The notes under the pieces were generated by a model. That model searched no databases. It was not told the DNA's origin and saw nothing but the letters and a program-made list of their open reading frames with translations. A DNA stretch of 63,069 nucleotides, the filler included, from Folioceros fuciformis (Eukaryota), in the NCBI GenBank assembly GCA_049999805.1. It is 10 parts of 10 records of this genome, joined end to end, with 100 filler letters (N's around TTAATTAATTAA, not from the genome) between each part and the next. Parts side by side here need not be neighbours in the genome. Positions count along the whole stretch, not along the records: positions 20,476 to 29,092 come from JBNGIO010003667.1; positions 29,193 to 33,656 come from JBNGIO010003668.1; positions 33,757 to 41,084 come from JBNGIO010003669.1; 7 more parts are not named here. The stretch is one strand, 5' to 3'. Within the stretch, counting starts at the first letter, position 1. The number at the start of each line of letters is the position of its first letter. Made by a program: the position numbers and the translations under genes. Below are positions 24,520 through 36,909 of this stretch, in pieces.

Positions 24520-25134
24520 GCTAACCAAGGACCGGAGCTGCTGCAGATTGCATTTCCTATTGGTAGAGCATGTTGTTCAAATATGTGAGGCTGGGATGCT
24601 GCTGACATCACGCGTGCTGGCTAAGGTGCTAAAGCGAGGATTTCTGTTGTGACCAGGAAACGGTGAAGCTGCAGGATTTAATAATTAGAATGCCATGATG
24701 TTGGAACACGTAACGAGCAAGGTACTGTATGCCTCGATGGGATGTTGGCAAAAGGTTCAGTATGTTCCGTTAAGTTTTCCTCCACGTTTAACGAATTTGC
24801 CATCAGACCGGGGAACCGGTGATGTCTTTCGTTAGGCCGTTTTGTTAGGAATTGTAAGGGTAGTTTGGGCTTTCCCTTTTTCTTTTCTAAACTTTATTAC
24901 TAAACCCTAAAATTTGTGGAACATGGATTAAGGATGTCCTTCCTATCAAGGTTTGTATCAGTTTTTAATTTTATGATACTAGGTAGACCTGTAAATGTGT
25001 GTATGGAGAGTTTATTAACAAGACAAGATAGAAAATCCATCTCCCCCAAATCCAGGGATACATTGATTCTGAATGTTGCATACTGGCCCTAGCTAAACAA
25101 CACAAAGGCATGGATAGAGGACCTCTCCTCAACT

Positions 25135-25720
25135 ATGTTAGAAGGTGTCTTGCTATATAGCATGGAGGCACAGATAGGGGACATAACAAAGGACCTCTAA
25201 TCAACAATCAGAATGTGTTACATGTTAGAAGGTGTCTTGCTATATAGCATAAAGGCACAGATAGGGCTCGTAGCAAAGAACCTCTAATCAACAATCAGAA
25301 TGTGTTACCTCTTATCACTAATCAAAATGTGTTAGAAAGAAGCTTGCTATAGAGCATGGAGGCATGGACAAGCAATCTAGCAAGGGACACTCCTTGATAA
25401 CTAGAATGTGCTTGGCTTGTTATGTAACAAGCGTGAAGGCATGGACAAGCAACCTAGCAAGGGACATCTCCTCAATAACCAGGATGTGGCTTGGTATGTA
25501 ACAAGCATGGAGGCATGGACAAGCGACCCAAAAAGGAACACCTCCTAAAATAACCAAAATGGGGCTTGGTATATATCAAGCATGGAGGCATGGGTGTGAC
25601 TTGGTATATAACAAGCATGGAGACATGAATGAGCGACCTAGCAAGGACATCTCCTCAATAACTAGAATGTGGCTTGGTATATATCAAACATGGAGGCATG
25701 GACGAGTGACTTAGCAAGGT
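25135..25720. repeat. Degenerate tandem repeats (87-bp pair, then ~70-bp units)
   Basis: atgttagaaggtgtcttgctatatagcat at 25135 and 25222; gcatggaggcatggac..ctagcaagg units repeat to about 25720. Confidence 0.8.
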
Positions 25721-26006
25721 ATAGCATAATGAACAGGGGACGGAGCAGAAAACCTCTCATCAAATGTTGGTAGTCACACGAGTGGCCCACTTGTTTGCAT
25801 CCACTACCTTCACAATGTCACTTTTGCCATTCCTTCAATCCCATGAATATTGCGTTATGAGGCACACATTAGATGGATGGGGAGAGAGCTAAGGTAGCAT
25901 TTCGTACAACATTACAAAGGAACCATTTCGGCCATGAATTCCTACATGTCTTGAGATTGTAGCTTGTAGATGTTCTCTATTTTTGAAAGAGCTTGTCTAA
26001 ATGCCT

Positions 26007-26351
26007 ACATTATCTTACAAATTTGTGAAGAGTTTGCCTCCCAAGAACATACCTCTCACACAATGTATGTTTTAACTAGCTTGCCTAACTCCCCGTCGTC
26101 TACAATATCACAAACAACCCACATTATCTTACAAATTTGGGAGGAGTTTGCCTCCCAAGAGCATATCTCTCACAAAATGCATGTTTTAACTAGCTTGCCC
26201 AACTCCCCATCGTCTACAATATCACAAACAACCCACATTATCTTACAAATTTGTGAAGAGTTTGCATCCTAAGAACATACCTCTCACTAAATGTATGTTT
26301 TAACTAGCTTGCCCAACTCCCGATCGTCTACAATATCACAAACAACCCACA
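26007..26351. repeat. 114-bp tandem repeat x3
   Basis: acattatcttacaaattt at 26007, 26121 and 26235. Confidence 0.92.
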
Positions 26352-29011
26352 ATGCATCCAAGTTGTGTCTTAACATAAATACAATACAAGCTCATTTCTA
26401 CACGAGGAATCAAAAGATTAGGTAACACTTCTAATGAGATAATTAGTTTTATGTAAAGTTAGTACGGGAGAAAAAAAACAACAGCAACATGTGAGCATTT
26501 TGAATGTATGACGTCCAAGTGTGTGTTTGATGTAGCATAGCAATACATGCACTCTTATTGGGGTTGTAGGCATCTTATTGTATCTTTTTTAATTAAAATA
26601 TATTATATGTATATATCTTAAATGAAAGTATAAAGACAATAAATATGCAAAGATGAGACTTCCTGTTGTATATAAATAATAACAGTAATAATTAATGGAA
26701 TGACAACACAGAGCTACGTAATCGGAAATGAGAAGAGTGACATCGTCTTATTCTTAATAAAAATTCTCCCGCTCATGTATCTGAAGATCTGTGGAGTTAG
26801 CGGTAGTAAGAGGATCGGCGGCACATTCCACGAGTGGCCAGCTGTTAGCCGAATGAGGCCAGCAGGGCTAAAATGAGCAGCATGGCGAGCAGCCATGTGG
26901 AAGCCTGCAATTGTGGTAGGGAGGCAAGGCATTGACTGGTCCGCGCATGTGCCCTTGCCCCTCCGGTAGGAAGTGGAGAGGCGTGGTTGTCTCCAACAAG
27001 GCTGCGCCGGCCTACACGCCCTTTCAAGCTGGAGGGTGTGATCGGAGTCCCAGGGAGCCCCTTGAACCGCTGGTCCAGCAACTTGTGGAGCAAGGGTGGA
27101 ATCGGGTGTGGGAGATCGTCCGGGTGATCGCCAGACCTTTCCGTTTCTGCGGCATGTCCCTTCGGAGCCTCTCAGATGTTAGCTGGCTTACAGTGGAGAA
27201 CGTTTGGAGCATGGCCGGACAGGAGCCGTTGTCACGGCAATGGTTTGGCGGTGGTAAGGAAGGTATCCGGCCGGCCTTTGCGCAGGGACGGTGTGACATG
27301 AAGAGTCGGGGTGGAGCGGAGTGAGAAGCGGCACCAGCTTAAGTGCTGGTTCAGCCCTTGCAGCTGACGCTGAGATGGGTTCCAGTCCAATGCTTGTGAG
27401 TGACGCTGTGAAGGGGAGGATTTTGGCTTTGAGCGGGGAGGCTTGTTTCCAACTCCGAGTCGGTACGGCTGATGAGAATGAGGGCCGGCGTGGCAGCAGT
27501 CGGGCTTGGCGGAGGGGAGCAGCACAAGTCCAGTAGGCAACGACTGTGTGTAGTAGTAGTAGTACTACCGTCTGTGTTGCTTGGGCAGAGAGGTAAACCC
27601 TGTGAGACTCCCCCTAGCCCCGGCAACCTCCATGATCTGGTGCCAGGCCTGCGAGAGGGACAAGTGCAAGCTCGTTTGCTCCATGTGCCGTAGGGAGGGT
27701 GGATGCGCTTCTAGGGCCTCATGGGAAGGAAGGGAAAGGAGCTCCAGCCTAGGCTCCTGCATGTCCCTGTGTCTGTGGAGGGTTTTAGGGAGATAGAAGG
27801 AGTCTCCATCCCCGGCTCCCACGATATAGCAGATTGCGAGTGGCTTGAAGAGGAGGATGGACAGAACTAGACGTCCGCAAGAAGCCAGGAAACAGGGCCT
27901 CTCATCCTGCCGTGCGGGGAGGGAGGCGAACGGAAGTGAGAGAGGCTCAAACACACACTCAGAGTGACACTCACAGCAGAGAGTGCTCATCTTCAATCCT
28001 TCAAATTCCAGCTCCTGTACAGTACAGCCTTACTTACCACCACCATGTCTTTCTCTCCAGCTGCAAGAGACGCAGCGAGCGAATCACGACTGGCCATGGA
28101 GAGCGTGAAGAGGGGCGTAGGACAGGGCAGGGCAAGACAGGACAGCCCAAAACCGGGAGCGGAACGGGGGACCGGGACAGTCCAAGTGAAATGGCAGAGT
28201 CAAAGACGGTAACTTGGACCTGACGGAATATTGATGATGGGGGCTACGGCAGCGCAGATCACTCATGAGCAAGCCCATAATCACTGCCCACAGACAGACA
28301 GCCAACAGTCGAGCCACCATCCCGCTCCAACTCCAACAACACTCCCAAGGTACAGTACATCCAATCGTACACCCATACACTGGTGGCCTTCTCCACTAAT
28401 TTCTTGCCGCCAGTACAAACAGGCAAGAATCAGGATGAGCCCGCATTATATGTATGTTTCCAGCTCCCACTCTCCCTCTCCTCTATCCTCCATCCTCCTC
28501 TTCCTTTCCTTTCCTCTTCCACTTCCTCTGCGTCGTCCCTACTGGTATCGCCTCGCCCGTGCCCGCAACGTTCTTTGCATGGCTCCAGCAGCGTCACATA
28601 ACTCAACCCGCTGCCCACATGCAGGCAAAGCACAGGAGTGCCCACAAGGCGGTGGGGTGGGTCAGGTTTGGTGGGTGCGGGAAAGGGAAAGGGAAGAGAA
28701 GGAGACACACGCACACACCCACACACCCACACATACGTAGGCCAATTCCGGGAGAGGGAGGTTTACATGGCTTGCCAAAGCACGTAACGTCACGTCCCGG
28801 CGAGCTGTCTGGCACTCAGGACTGCGACACCTTCCCCCCACTTTCCCCACACTCTTCCCCAGGTGGTTGCAACCTCGGCACTCGACCCACCAACATTCTC
28901 CCATATCCATTCCTCGCACACATCTACGCATGGCATGGAATGGCAAAGTGTGAAGCATAGCAAAGCAAGAGCATAGATCGCGCCACCATCGACCTGACAA
29001 GCGTGTAGGCG

Positions 29012-29092
29012 ATCCCATCCCATCCCGTCCCAAACCAACCCAACTCATCCCATCCCATCCCGTCCCAACCCAACCCAACTCATCCCATCCCA
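29012..29092. repeat. (CCCAT/CCCAA)n microsatellite at scaffold end
   Basis: Visible pentamer run up to the spacer. Confidence 0.85.
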
Positions 29093-29192
29093 NNNNNNNN
29101 NNNNNNNNNNNNNNNNNNNNNNNNNNNNNNNNNNNNTTAATTAATTAANNNNNNNNNNNNNNNNNNNNNNNNNNNNNNNNNNNNNNNNNNNN

Positions 29193-30118
29193 TGCCCTTG
29201 CCATTTACACTGATGGTTCTCTTCTGGATGGTCATGCCGAGGGCGCGGCTGTTTTCTACTTCAATGGGGATATTGTCCATCAATTATCTTTTGGTTTAGA
29301 AACATACTACGGGGTTTATGAGGCAGAACTCCTCTCTGTGGTCAAAGCAATTTCATGCCTGCCCACCCTCTTTGCTTCCATCCTCGGGATTTCATCAATT
29401 ACAATTTTCCTTGATAATCAAGCAGCTATCATGTCTTTAACGGACACTTCCGCTCGCCCAGCCCAAGCCATATCTCTCCAAGCTAGGACATCTCTCCATG
29501 CCTTCTCAATTGCTCATCCAGAGGTTTCCCTTAATCTCCACTGGATTCCGGGCCATCACAGTATAGTTGGTAATGAGCATGCAGATGTAACTGCCAAGGT
29601 TGCCACTCTTCTTCCCATTTCCCGCGAAGACTGGATCCTATCAATGTCCAGAGCTCACCAGCAAATTCATGCTGCAAGTCTACACAAGTGGCGTTTACGG
29701 TGGGTTTCCTCAACTAAGGCTTCTGCGCTTAAGAGGGTGGTGCTTGGTGGCCCTTCGGCCTCGGTGCTACAACGTCTTGGTCTCTATGACTGTAAGCTCT
29801 CATCATTTCTCACCCAGCTTCGGACTAGGCATATGGCTATTGGGGCTTACTTTAGGAGATTCAACATTGCAGAGGATCCTTTTTGTCGGAAATGCATATG
29901 GCTATTGGGGCTTACTTTAGGAGATTCAACATTGCAGAGGATCCTTTTTGTCGGAAATGCANNNNNNNNNNNNNNNNNNNNNNNNNNNNNNNNNNNNNNN
30001 NNNNNNNNNNNNNNNNNNNNNNNNNNNNNNNNNNNNNNNNNNNNNNNNNNNNNNNNNNNNNAACTCGTCACCTGCATACGCCTAATAATAAATAAATAAA
30101 TAAATAAATAAATAAATA
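29193..30118 (+). mobile_element. 3' end of a non-LTR retrotransposon with RNase H domain, Cys motif and (TAAA)n tail (I/Tad-group-like)
   Basis: IYTDGS..VYEAEL..IFLDNQAAI..LHWIPGH..IVGNEHADVTAK..FLTQLRTRH..FCRKC; (TAAA)n at 30083-30118. Confidence 0.85.
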
Positions 30119-30215
30119 GGAATGGTTAAAAAACTTGATAATAAGAATTAATAATATCAAATTTCAAGTTTAAACAAGCAATTTTATTTTTGAGAAGGTT
30201 TAATCTGGTTTACTA

Positions 30216-31160
30216 TTATTGTGTAACTTTCTTATTCAAACCGTGAAAGATATTCAACTTCCTCATTTCCATCTTGAAAACTTGAAAAATAACAATTCCA
30301 ACTCTTTGTACGCTGTCCGTATACTCCTCACCATTAAACCAATTGTGTTTTTTTATTCTTGAAATATCAATACGATCTTCTGGATTATGAGTTAACATTT
30401 TAAATAATAAATCAACACAATCATAAGAAAGCTCATAAACACGTAGTAATGCCAACTCATTAACTAGAAAGTCATCATCCCTCTCTACTTGTCTAAAGAG
30501 CTCCTCTCCTGTTACCATCTTGAATAAAGTTACTCCTAGAGACCATATATCACATGGTGGTCCTTTATAGCTTGATTTCAAGCGAACTTCTGGAGCCATG
30601 TATGTTCTTGTGCCACAATACATGTTGTATTCTGTGTTAGAATCCCCTTGACAAGCACATCCAAAATCTGCAATTTTTAAAACCTTAGATTCATCTAGAA
30701 GTAAGTTGCTTGGTTTAATATCACGATGGAAAATGCCTTTATTGTGGCAATATTCTAAACCATAAATAATTTGCTTAAAATAATATCTTGCAGTGTCTTC
30801 ATGTAAGCCAAATTCGTTTCGAATAGCATCCCCTAAGGTTCCACTTTTCATTATTTCTGTAATCAAAAATATTTGATCATTACTTCTATATGTAGCAAGA
30901 GCTTTCAATATGTTTGGGTGGTCCAAATCTTGTAGGCACTTAATTTCAAATAATACATATTGTAAAATATTTTCATGCTCCACACCACGAAACGCCTTGA
31001 TTGCTACTTCGTAATTGGTCATAACATTTTTTCCAAGGAAAATTCTTCCACCGCTACCTTGCCCCAATAACCTTTCTGTGTATATCTCATAATTACCAAT
31101 TGTTAGAACTTTGTGACTATTCCTCTCCACAATGTCAAGATCTTCAAGTTCCTTTGTCAT
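30216..31160 (-). CDS. Intronless AT-rich Ser/Thr protein kinase, CAMK group (CIPK/SnRK-like catalytic domain only), 314 aa
   Basis: LGQGSGG, VAIK, FEI..L..LDHPNI, HRDIKPSNLLL, KIADFG, CGTRTYMAPEV, DIWSLGV; no recognisable NAF or UBA tail. Confidence 0.9.
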   Translation of the reverse strand: MTKELEDLDIVERNSHKVLTIGNYEIYTERLLGQGSGGRIFLGKNVMTNYEVAIKAFRGVEHENILQYVLFEIKCLQDLDHPNILKALATYRSNDQIFLITEIMKSGTLGDAIRNEFGLHEDTARYYFKQIIYGLEYCHNKGIFHRDIKPSNLLLDESKVLKIADFGCACQGDSNTEYNMYCGTRTYMAPEVRLKSSYKGPPCDIWSLGVTLFKMVTGEELFRQVERDDDFLVNELALLRVYELSYDCVDLLFKMLTHNPEDRIDISRIKKHNWFNGEEYTDSVQRVGIVIFQVFKMEMRKLNIFHGLNKKVTQ

Positions 31161-32159
31161 ATTGAAATATATTTGTCAAATGTTACCTCAAAGTTCAAAT
31201 AAGTGAAGCAAAAAATAATTGTTACAAAGAAAGAGATAGCAAACTAGCTTTCCAAGCATAGCTTCGAGATGAACTTATTGAGCTGTTTGGCCTCCCCTTC
31301 TTGACCTTTTTATGTAAGTGTCAGAGGATGACTTGCAATCAACACCTTACTATTGGTCTTGATTCCAAGAGAGAACAAAGAAGAATATATATCCGTTAGA
31401 GAAAACTCTCCACCTTCACGTAAGCTAGAAGCTTGGCTCTCTCTCAACTTGATCTCCTCCTCGTAGGTTTTCTAAAGCTCTCTTAGACTCCCAGAACCTA
31501 TGCTCTCAAGTTACCAAATGATCTTTGGAACTAGCTTAAGCCCCTTTTAATAGTGAGGCTTACGTTACACTTAAAGCAATTACTTAAAATACAACTTGTT
31601 TTGTTTTGTTAGTTACTTTAAGTTCCTTTTCTCTTCCCAGACCATGATGGTTTGGGTGCCATTGGTAGCCAGTAGATGGTTTTTCATCTAGTTTTTCTAA
31701 AAAAAAAATCAATTATCTTAAAAAAGCAAGGTTTAAGAAAGGCCTCGTGTATCTCTTAAAAGGTCTCGTTTCCTTCTTATATGGCTTCTTTACCTTCTTA
31801 AAAGGCCTTGTGCCTTTCTTAAAATAGCTATTTTTCAAGGTTTAGGAAAGCTTTCAAGCTTGAGGCCTTAACTCACTTGAGGCCTTGAGTTAAGGTTATC
31901 TCAAGGTCAAGATTCATTTTTTTCTTGCATCGATGGTTGCATGAAGCTAGAGATAGAGCAGAAAGATGACCATAGCAAAGAAAAATGCAAGTCTCTAATT
32001 TATGTTGTTTCCATTAATGTTACGCATGGTATCATTAGAGTAATGTGTTGTGAGCTTTTCATTTCTACAAGTGTGAATAGATAAGGCTTTCAATAAAGGG
32101 CACACTAATCGTATCAATGTGCAAAAAGGGATGTTGGGCATGGGTTTAGGGTTACTATG

Positions 32160-32432
32160 GATGTTGGGTGTGCTCATGCCCACCCTAACTTGGGATGTTG
32201 GGTGTGTTGATGCCCACCCTAACTTGGGATGTAGGGCGTGCTGATGCCCACCCTAACTTGGGATGTGGGGCGTACTGATGCCCACCCTAACTTGGGATGT
32301 GGGGCGTGCTGATGCCCACCCTAACTTGGGACGTTGGGTGTGTTGATGCCCACCCTAACTTGGGATGTTGGGCATGCTAATGCCCAATCTCACTTAGGAT
32401 GTTGGGGGTGGCGATGCCCATCCTAACTTGCA
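32160..32432. repeat. 34-bp minisatellite, ~8 copies
   Basis: atgcccaccctaacttggga at 32176, 32210, 32244, 32278, 32312 and 32346, with degenerate copies after. Confidence 0.93.
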
Positions 32433-35368
32433 ACGTTTGGGCCGCCCGTGACGTTTGAGTTGCCACAGGCACCCCAAGTGCCTTGGCCCATGGGCATAAC
32501 ATGCTCTTGGTACCTAGGACGGGCATGGGTGCTTGGGTGCTCATGACAAGGCCTGAGAGTGAGCACACATGGAGGTGTGCTTGTCTTCATCTTCAAGGAA
32601 TGTCAATTACAATTGAAGTAATGAATTGCATTCTATGAATGCACTCTTTGTATAGACCCAAGGTTAACTAAGAGTTAGTTCTGCCTCTTCTTCTATAAGA
32701 CACTTATATTATAGAAGAAGAGGAAGACCATCCAATCTTGACATTGGATGGACATTCTTGTAGTGATGTGGACAATTTTGTCTTGTAGAGTTCATAAAGG
32801 TCACGGTGCATGTAAAATTTGAGTTTGAATGAATCTTTCCACAGCAATAAAAAACGAGCTATCATACGATTGCCATTTGGGATCACATTTAGCTCCATGT
32901 CAATCTATCAAAGGGCTATCACATGATAGCCCTTCGAACTTGTTCTATGGGTAGTGTTAAATCGCGTTCTTTCACGAATAAATGGTCCTATTCGGGGGTT
33001 TACCTAGGGTTTATTATACTTGCTGGTTAGCTCTAGTAAGAGCAAATTACTTCAAGGGTTGTAAGTACCCAAGGGTGCATGGTCATAGAATAAATAAGCA
33101 ACAATTTTTTCCAAGTATTATCATTCTTTTAAATATTGGCTTCGTTCATGTTGGTTATCTATGCTCCATTTTCAGTTAGTGTTTGCTCTGTAGAATTGTA
33201 TACATACATTTATGTAGCCCATGTCAAGTCCTTCCCTACATTGCAAGAGGGAAAGAAATAATACCAAGCTAGGCAATTCGGGTGTGGGAAGAGTGGCATC
33301 TCAGATACATGTCGTATGGGAAGAGTGGTGTCTCAGATACATGTCGTATGCGACTCCTTCTATGGCTTGTTTGTCCTTAGTGGATTCTAAAAGAATTCTT
33401 ATTATTCTTTCTCTTGTATGTCTTGAGGACATTCTTTATACAAAAGTAAAGTAAAGTAGGTCAACAAGTATACATAAAAATAATAGAGTATATTTATACA
33501 TACAAGATAAATTATAATAATTATCTTTTGATTACAAAAATAGAGAAAATAAAACCTATAAATTTGTTGCATCTCCTAACCACTCTCTATGAAACCTCGC
33601 CATTACCTCGATCTGTAGAAATCTAGGTCACGTTTCGAAGTGCAACGGGTCTGACTNNNNNNNNNNNNNNNNNNNNNNNNNNNNNNNNNNNNNNNNNNNN
33701 TTAATTAATTAANNNNNNNNNNNNNNNNNNNNNNNNNNNNNNNNNNNNNNNNNNNNATCTTAAAAAGATTAGACAAATATGTCTTACTGCTCTCGAGATG
33801 TCTTAAGAACAGCGTGGCTTCTTTTAAGCATGTCTTAGGAACATGTCTTAAGTATGAACTTTGAAGACCATTAAATCATCATAATGTAAAGATTCTCTTT
33901 AATAATGGAAAAATTCTCTATCATAGATAAATAAGAATATCCTTATATTATAGGAGAAATTTTCATATATATGAATGAGAATGAAATCATATACTATTAC
34001 AATGAATTTCCTCCATTATTTTTATATACCATTACAACGAATTTCCTCCATTATTTTTTTAGAGTGGCAGCATTATTATTTTTTTAGAGTGGCAGCATTA
34101 TGTAATTTCACATCATACAATCCCATCANNNNNNNNNNNNNNNNNNNNNNNNNNNNNNNNNNNNNNNNNNNNNNNNNNNNNNNNNNNNNNNNNNNNNNNN
34201 NNNNNNNNNNNNNNNNNNNNNNNNNNNNCCACCCATCAAAATATTCTTAATACCCTTAAAAGCCACCATCAGCAATAGGGAAAAAACCCAAGAAATCACT
34301 ATCATTTAGAGACTTCCATTCACTATATTGCACTCCCATAGATTTTGAAGATATAGGCACACACGTTTGTTTTAGCATGTGGATACTTCTTGGCTTTCAG
34401 GTGGGCACATAGACCATGGTTCATAGTAAGACTAACCAACCAACCGCGGCCATCAATTCCGAAATCCAACCTTAAACCCTCCAACTTTTGGAAAATGAGA
34501 TTGGCAAAAATTATGCAAGGATGCCCAACCCTGCCAGTCTGGGCCAGAATCAAACCCGCGTCCACCCCATATGGTTTTACTATGTAACAGCCCAAGTTTG
34601 ACACAACGGAACGGAGACCAAGAACACTCTTCTTATGACAGGATGGCCTGAATCTCTGGAATGGAGTTTTAACAGGATTGCGCCACAAGGAGGCCATGGG
34701 ACACTGCGGCGATGGATAGGTACGTATGATGTATAGGTATTTTTACCCCAAGGCAATGGGCTCCATTAAGTATAGCGGGACGGAAGGCACCACCTCGTCT
34801 CGTGTGTTGCGAGTGTCCGAAACAGAGTGGCGAAGGGGTGGGTCCACAATTACTAGCCACTAGCACACACGGCGCTCATTCATAACTTTAGGACTCCCCC
34901 GTTATCTCTACGATCACTTTGAACCAGCCTGTCTTCATGAGTTCATTCGGGCACCTGCTCCTTTCCAAAAGGAGCTATAGCCACCGACTCCTCCAGCCTT
35001 CGTTCAGTCCTCGCCTAACCTGAACGGCTAACACATGAGGACCGAGGCATCCACACAGTGCTTGGAAAGACAAAAAGGCTCAAAAGATGCTTCTATGGAA
35101 ACAAAAACTCAAAGGATGAAACCTCGAACCTTCAGCCCATGAGAAAGCCCGTTGGCATGGAACCACCGAGGACGGCAGCTCAACTCTCTGCACCCAGTCT
35201 TGCACGAGTTGTGAAACTCAGACCCTCCGTAGAAACCCTTGTGCTCGGGGACGCTTCACTCAAAAAAAAAACTGAAGGACCCTGCTCCGAGCATTGGGTT
35301 ACACAGGAAACGCGGCTGGCTCTAGGAGGGTTTCACATGCACCCAGGTCGATATACTTCAGCTTGAGC

Positions 35369-36272
35369 TCAGGATCTGGGGCTGCCATCCGTGGCATTAA
35401 GATCGAGGTCTGCATCCCCCCAGTCATCCTGCATACTCATGGTAGTTCCACCATCAATATCATACACATCATGTTCCTCATCCTCCTCATTCCACAAATC
35501 CCCAGACACATCACCATCCGACTGGCCTGAAGACCAGGTCTGGTCCTGAATCTGGCTGTTGAGCATGGTGCCAGCCAGGTCAGCTACCGGGACCTGCATC
35601 CTCATGTGCGAATCTATCTCAGCTTGCAGTGCCGCAGCTCTGGCCTGGGCTTCTGCCTTTGCAGCTTCGGCCCGCGCCTGAGCTTCAGCACGGGCCTGAG
35701 CTTCTGCTCGGGCTTTCTCAGCCTGAGCGATGGCCTCCTCCATCTTAGCCCTGGCTGCCTCAGTCTCGGCGCGCTCCTTCTGCTCAATCTGGTCCCGCAA
35801 CTCCGCCAGCTTAGCTTTCTCGTCCAGCAGAAACCACTGCTCTATCATCAACCGTTCCTCCCCCCGCATCTCCCCCTCGAACTGCCGCTTGAGTATGTTG
35901 TTGTAGTAGTTGATCTGCTTCTGCAAGGTCCTAATATACTCTCCACTTTTGACACTCATACTTTGATTCCAGAGCTGAGAACGAGAGCGGGGGGACGAGG
36001 AGCCGTTAGAAGGCACAATGTCGCCAAATCTTTCATCCGCTTCCTCGATCTGGTACTCTGCCACCACATGATAGGGCAGGAGCCTGCAGGCATCAACTGA
36101 TGAGCTGGACGTGCAACCGGAGCAAGACAATTGCCTAGCCAGCCGATACAAAATACCTTTCGCAAGCGTCTTCCAGGGAGGAGAAAGGGCGCCGCACATC
36201 TGGGTTGCACACACGAAGGACATCCTGACGAGCCAACTCCACCTCCGGAGCAGGAACCGGTTTTCCGGCCAT
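35369..36272 (-). CDS. GLTSCR-domain SWI/SNF-associated protein (BRIP-like), 2 exons (36272-36157, 36083-35369)
   Basis: ELARQDVLRVCNPDVRRPFSSLEDACER|LLPYHVVAEY..SRSQLW..EERLMIEQ, the plant GLTSCR domain; the GT-AG intron keeps frame. Confidence 0.85.
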
Positions 36273-36714
36273 TCTCACCTTTCCGAGGAGGGCAAAGCTA
36301 TGGCCTTTCAAAAACGCCAAACGCAAATAGGAAGGAATAACCCTAAACGCCAGGAAATATGCTTAATATATGTATGTAAATGAAGTGAGTGGTTAGGGGT
36401 TAGTGGGTACGTTCTCAACCTTAACTTGTCTACTATGTGGAATACCAATACGGACATAGGGGCCTTATAAGGTTTTTTTTAACAGTATTTTTATGCAAAT
36501 ATTCTACAGAAGATCTTCCAGATTTAGGGCTCCATGTCACATCACCAGCTGTCATAAGGTACCGTAGTTGATATATCCATTAGGTAACTTCTGCCTAATG
36601 GATTTTTTTTAGGGTAGTCTATAAGGTAGCTCTAAAATAATTTACATAATTAAAGTATATTTAATAATATATGACTTTATAATTAGGTATGTTCTTAAAT
36701 AAGTAGGTACCTAT

Positions 36715-36843
36715 ATACTTATCTCCTTTTTGATTAGGGCTCTACATTTGAATCAAATACTTATCTCCTTTTTGATTAGGGCTCTACATTTGAATCAAAT
36801 ACTTATCTCCTTTTTGATTAGGGCTCTACATCTGATCAAATAC
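36715..36843. repeat. 42-bp tandem repeat x3
   Basis: atacttatctcctttttgattagggctctacat at 36715, 36757 and 36799. Confidence 0.92.
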
Positions 36844-36909
36844 CCATCTACACTTAAAGAGGTAGGTAGTTCTTATATGATTCCAAACTTGGATTAGGAA
36901 GTTGCTACA

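Noticed and set aside
25970-26272. 100-aa repetitive ORF
   Set aside because: By-product of a 114-bp tandem repeat; the third copy contains a stop.
29829-29961. Exact ~65-bp duplication in the LINE Cys region
   Set aside because: Identical copy abutting an N gap; most likely a contig-end assembly artefact.
32160-32432. 34-bp repeats as a CRISPR-like array
   Set aside because: Units are contiguous with no unique spacers, there are no cas genes, and the context is eukaryotic; it is a minisatellite.
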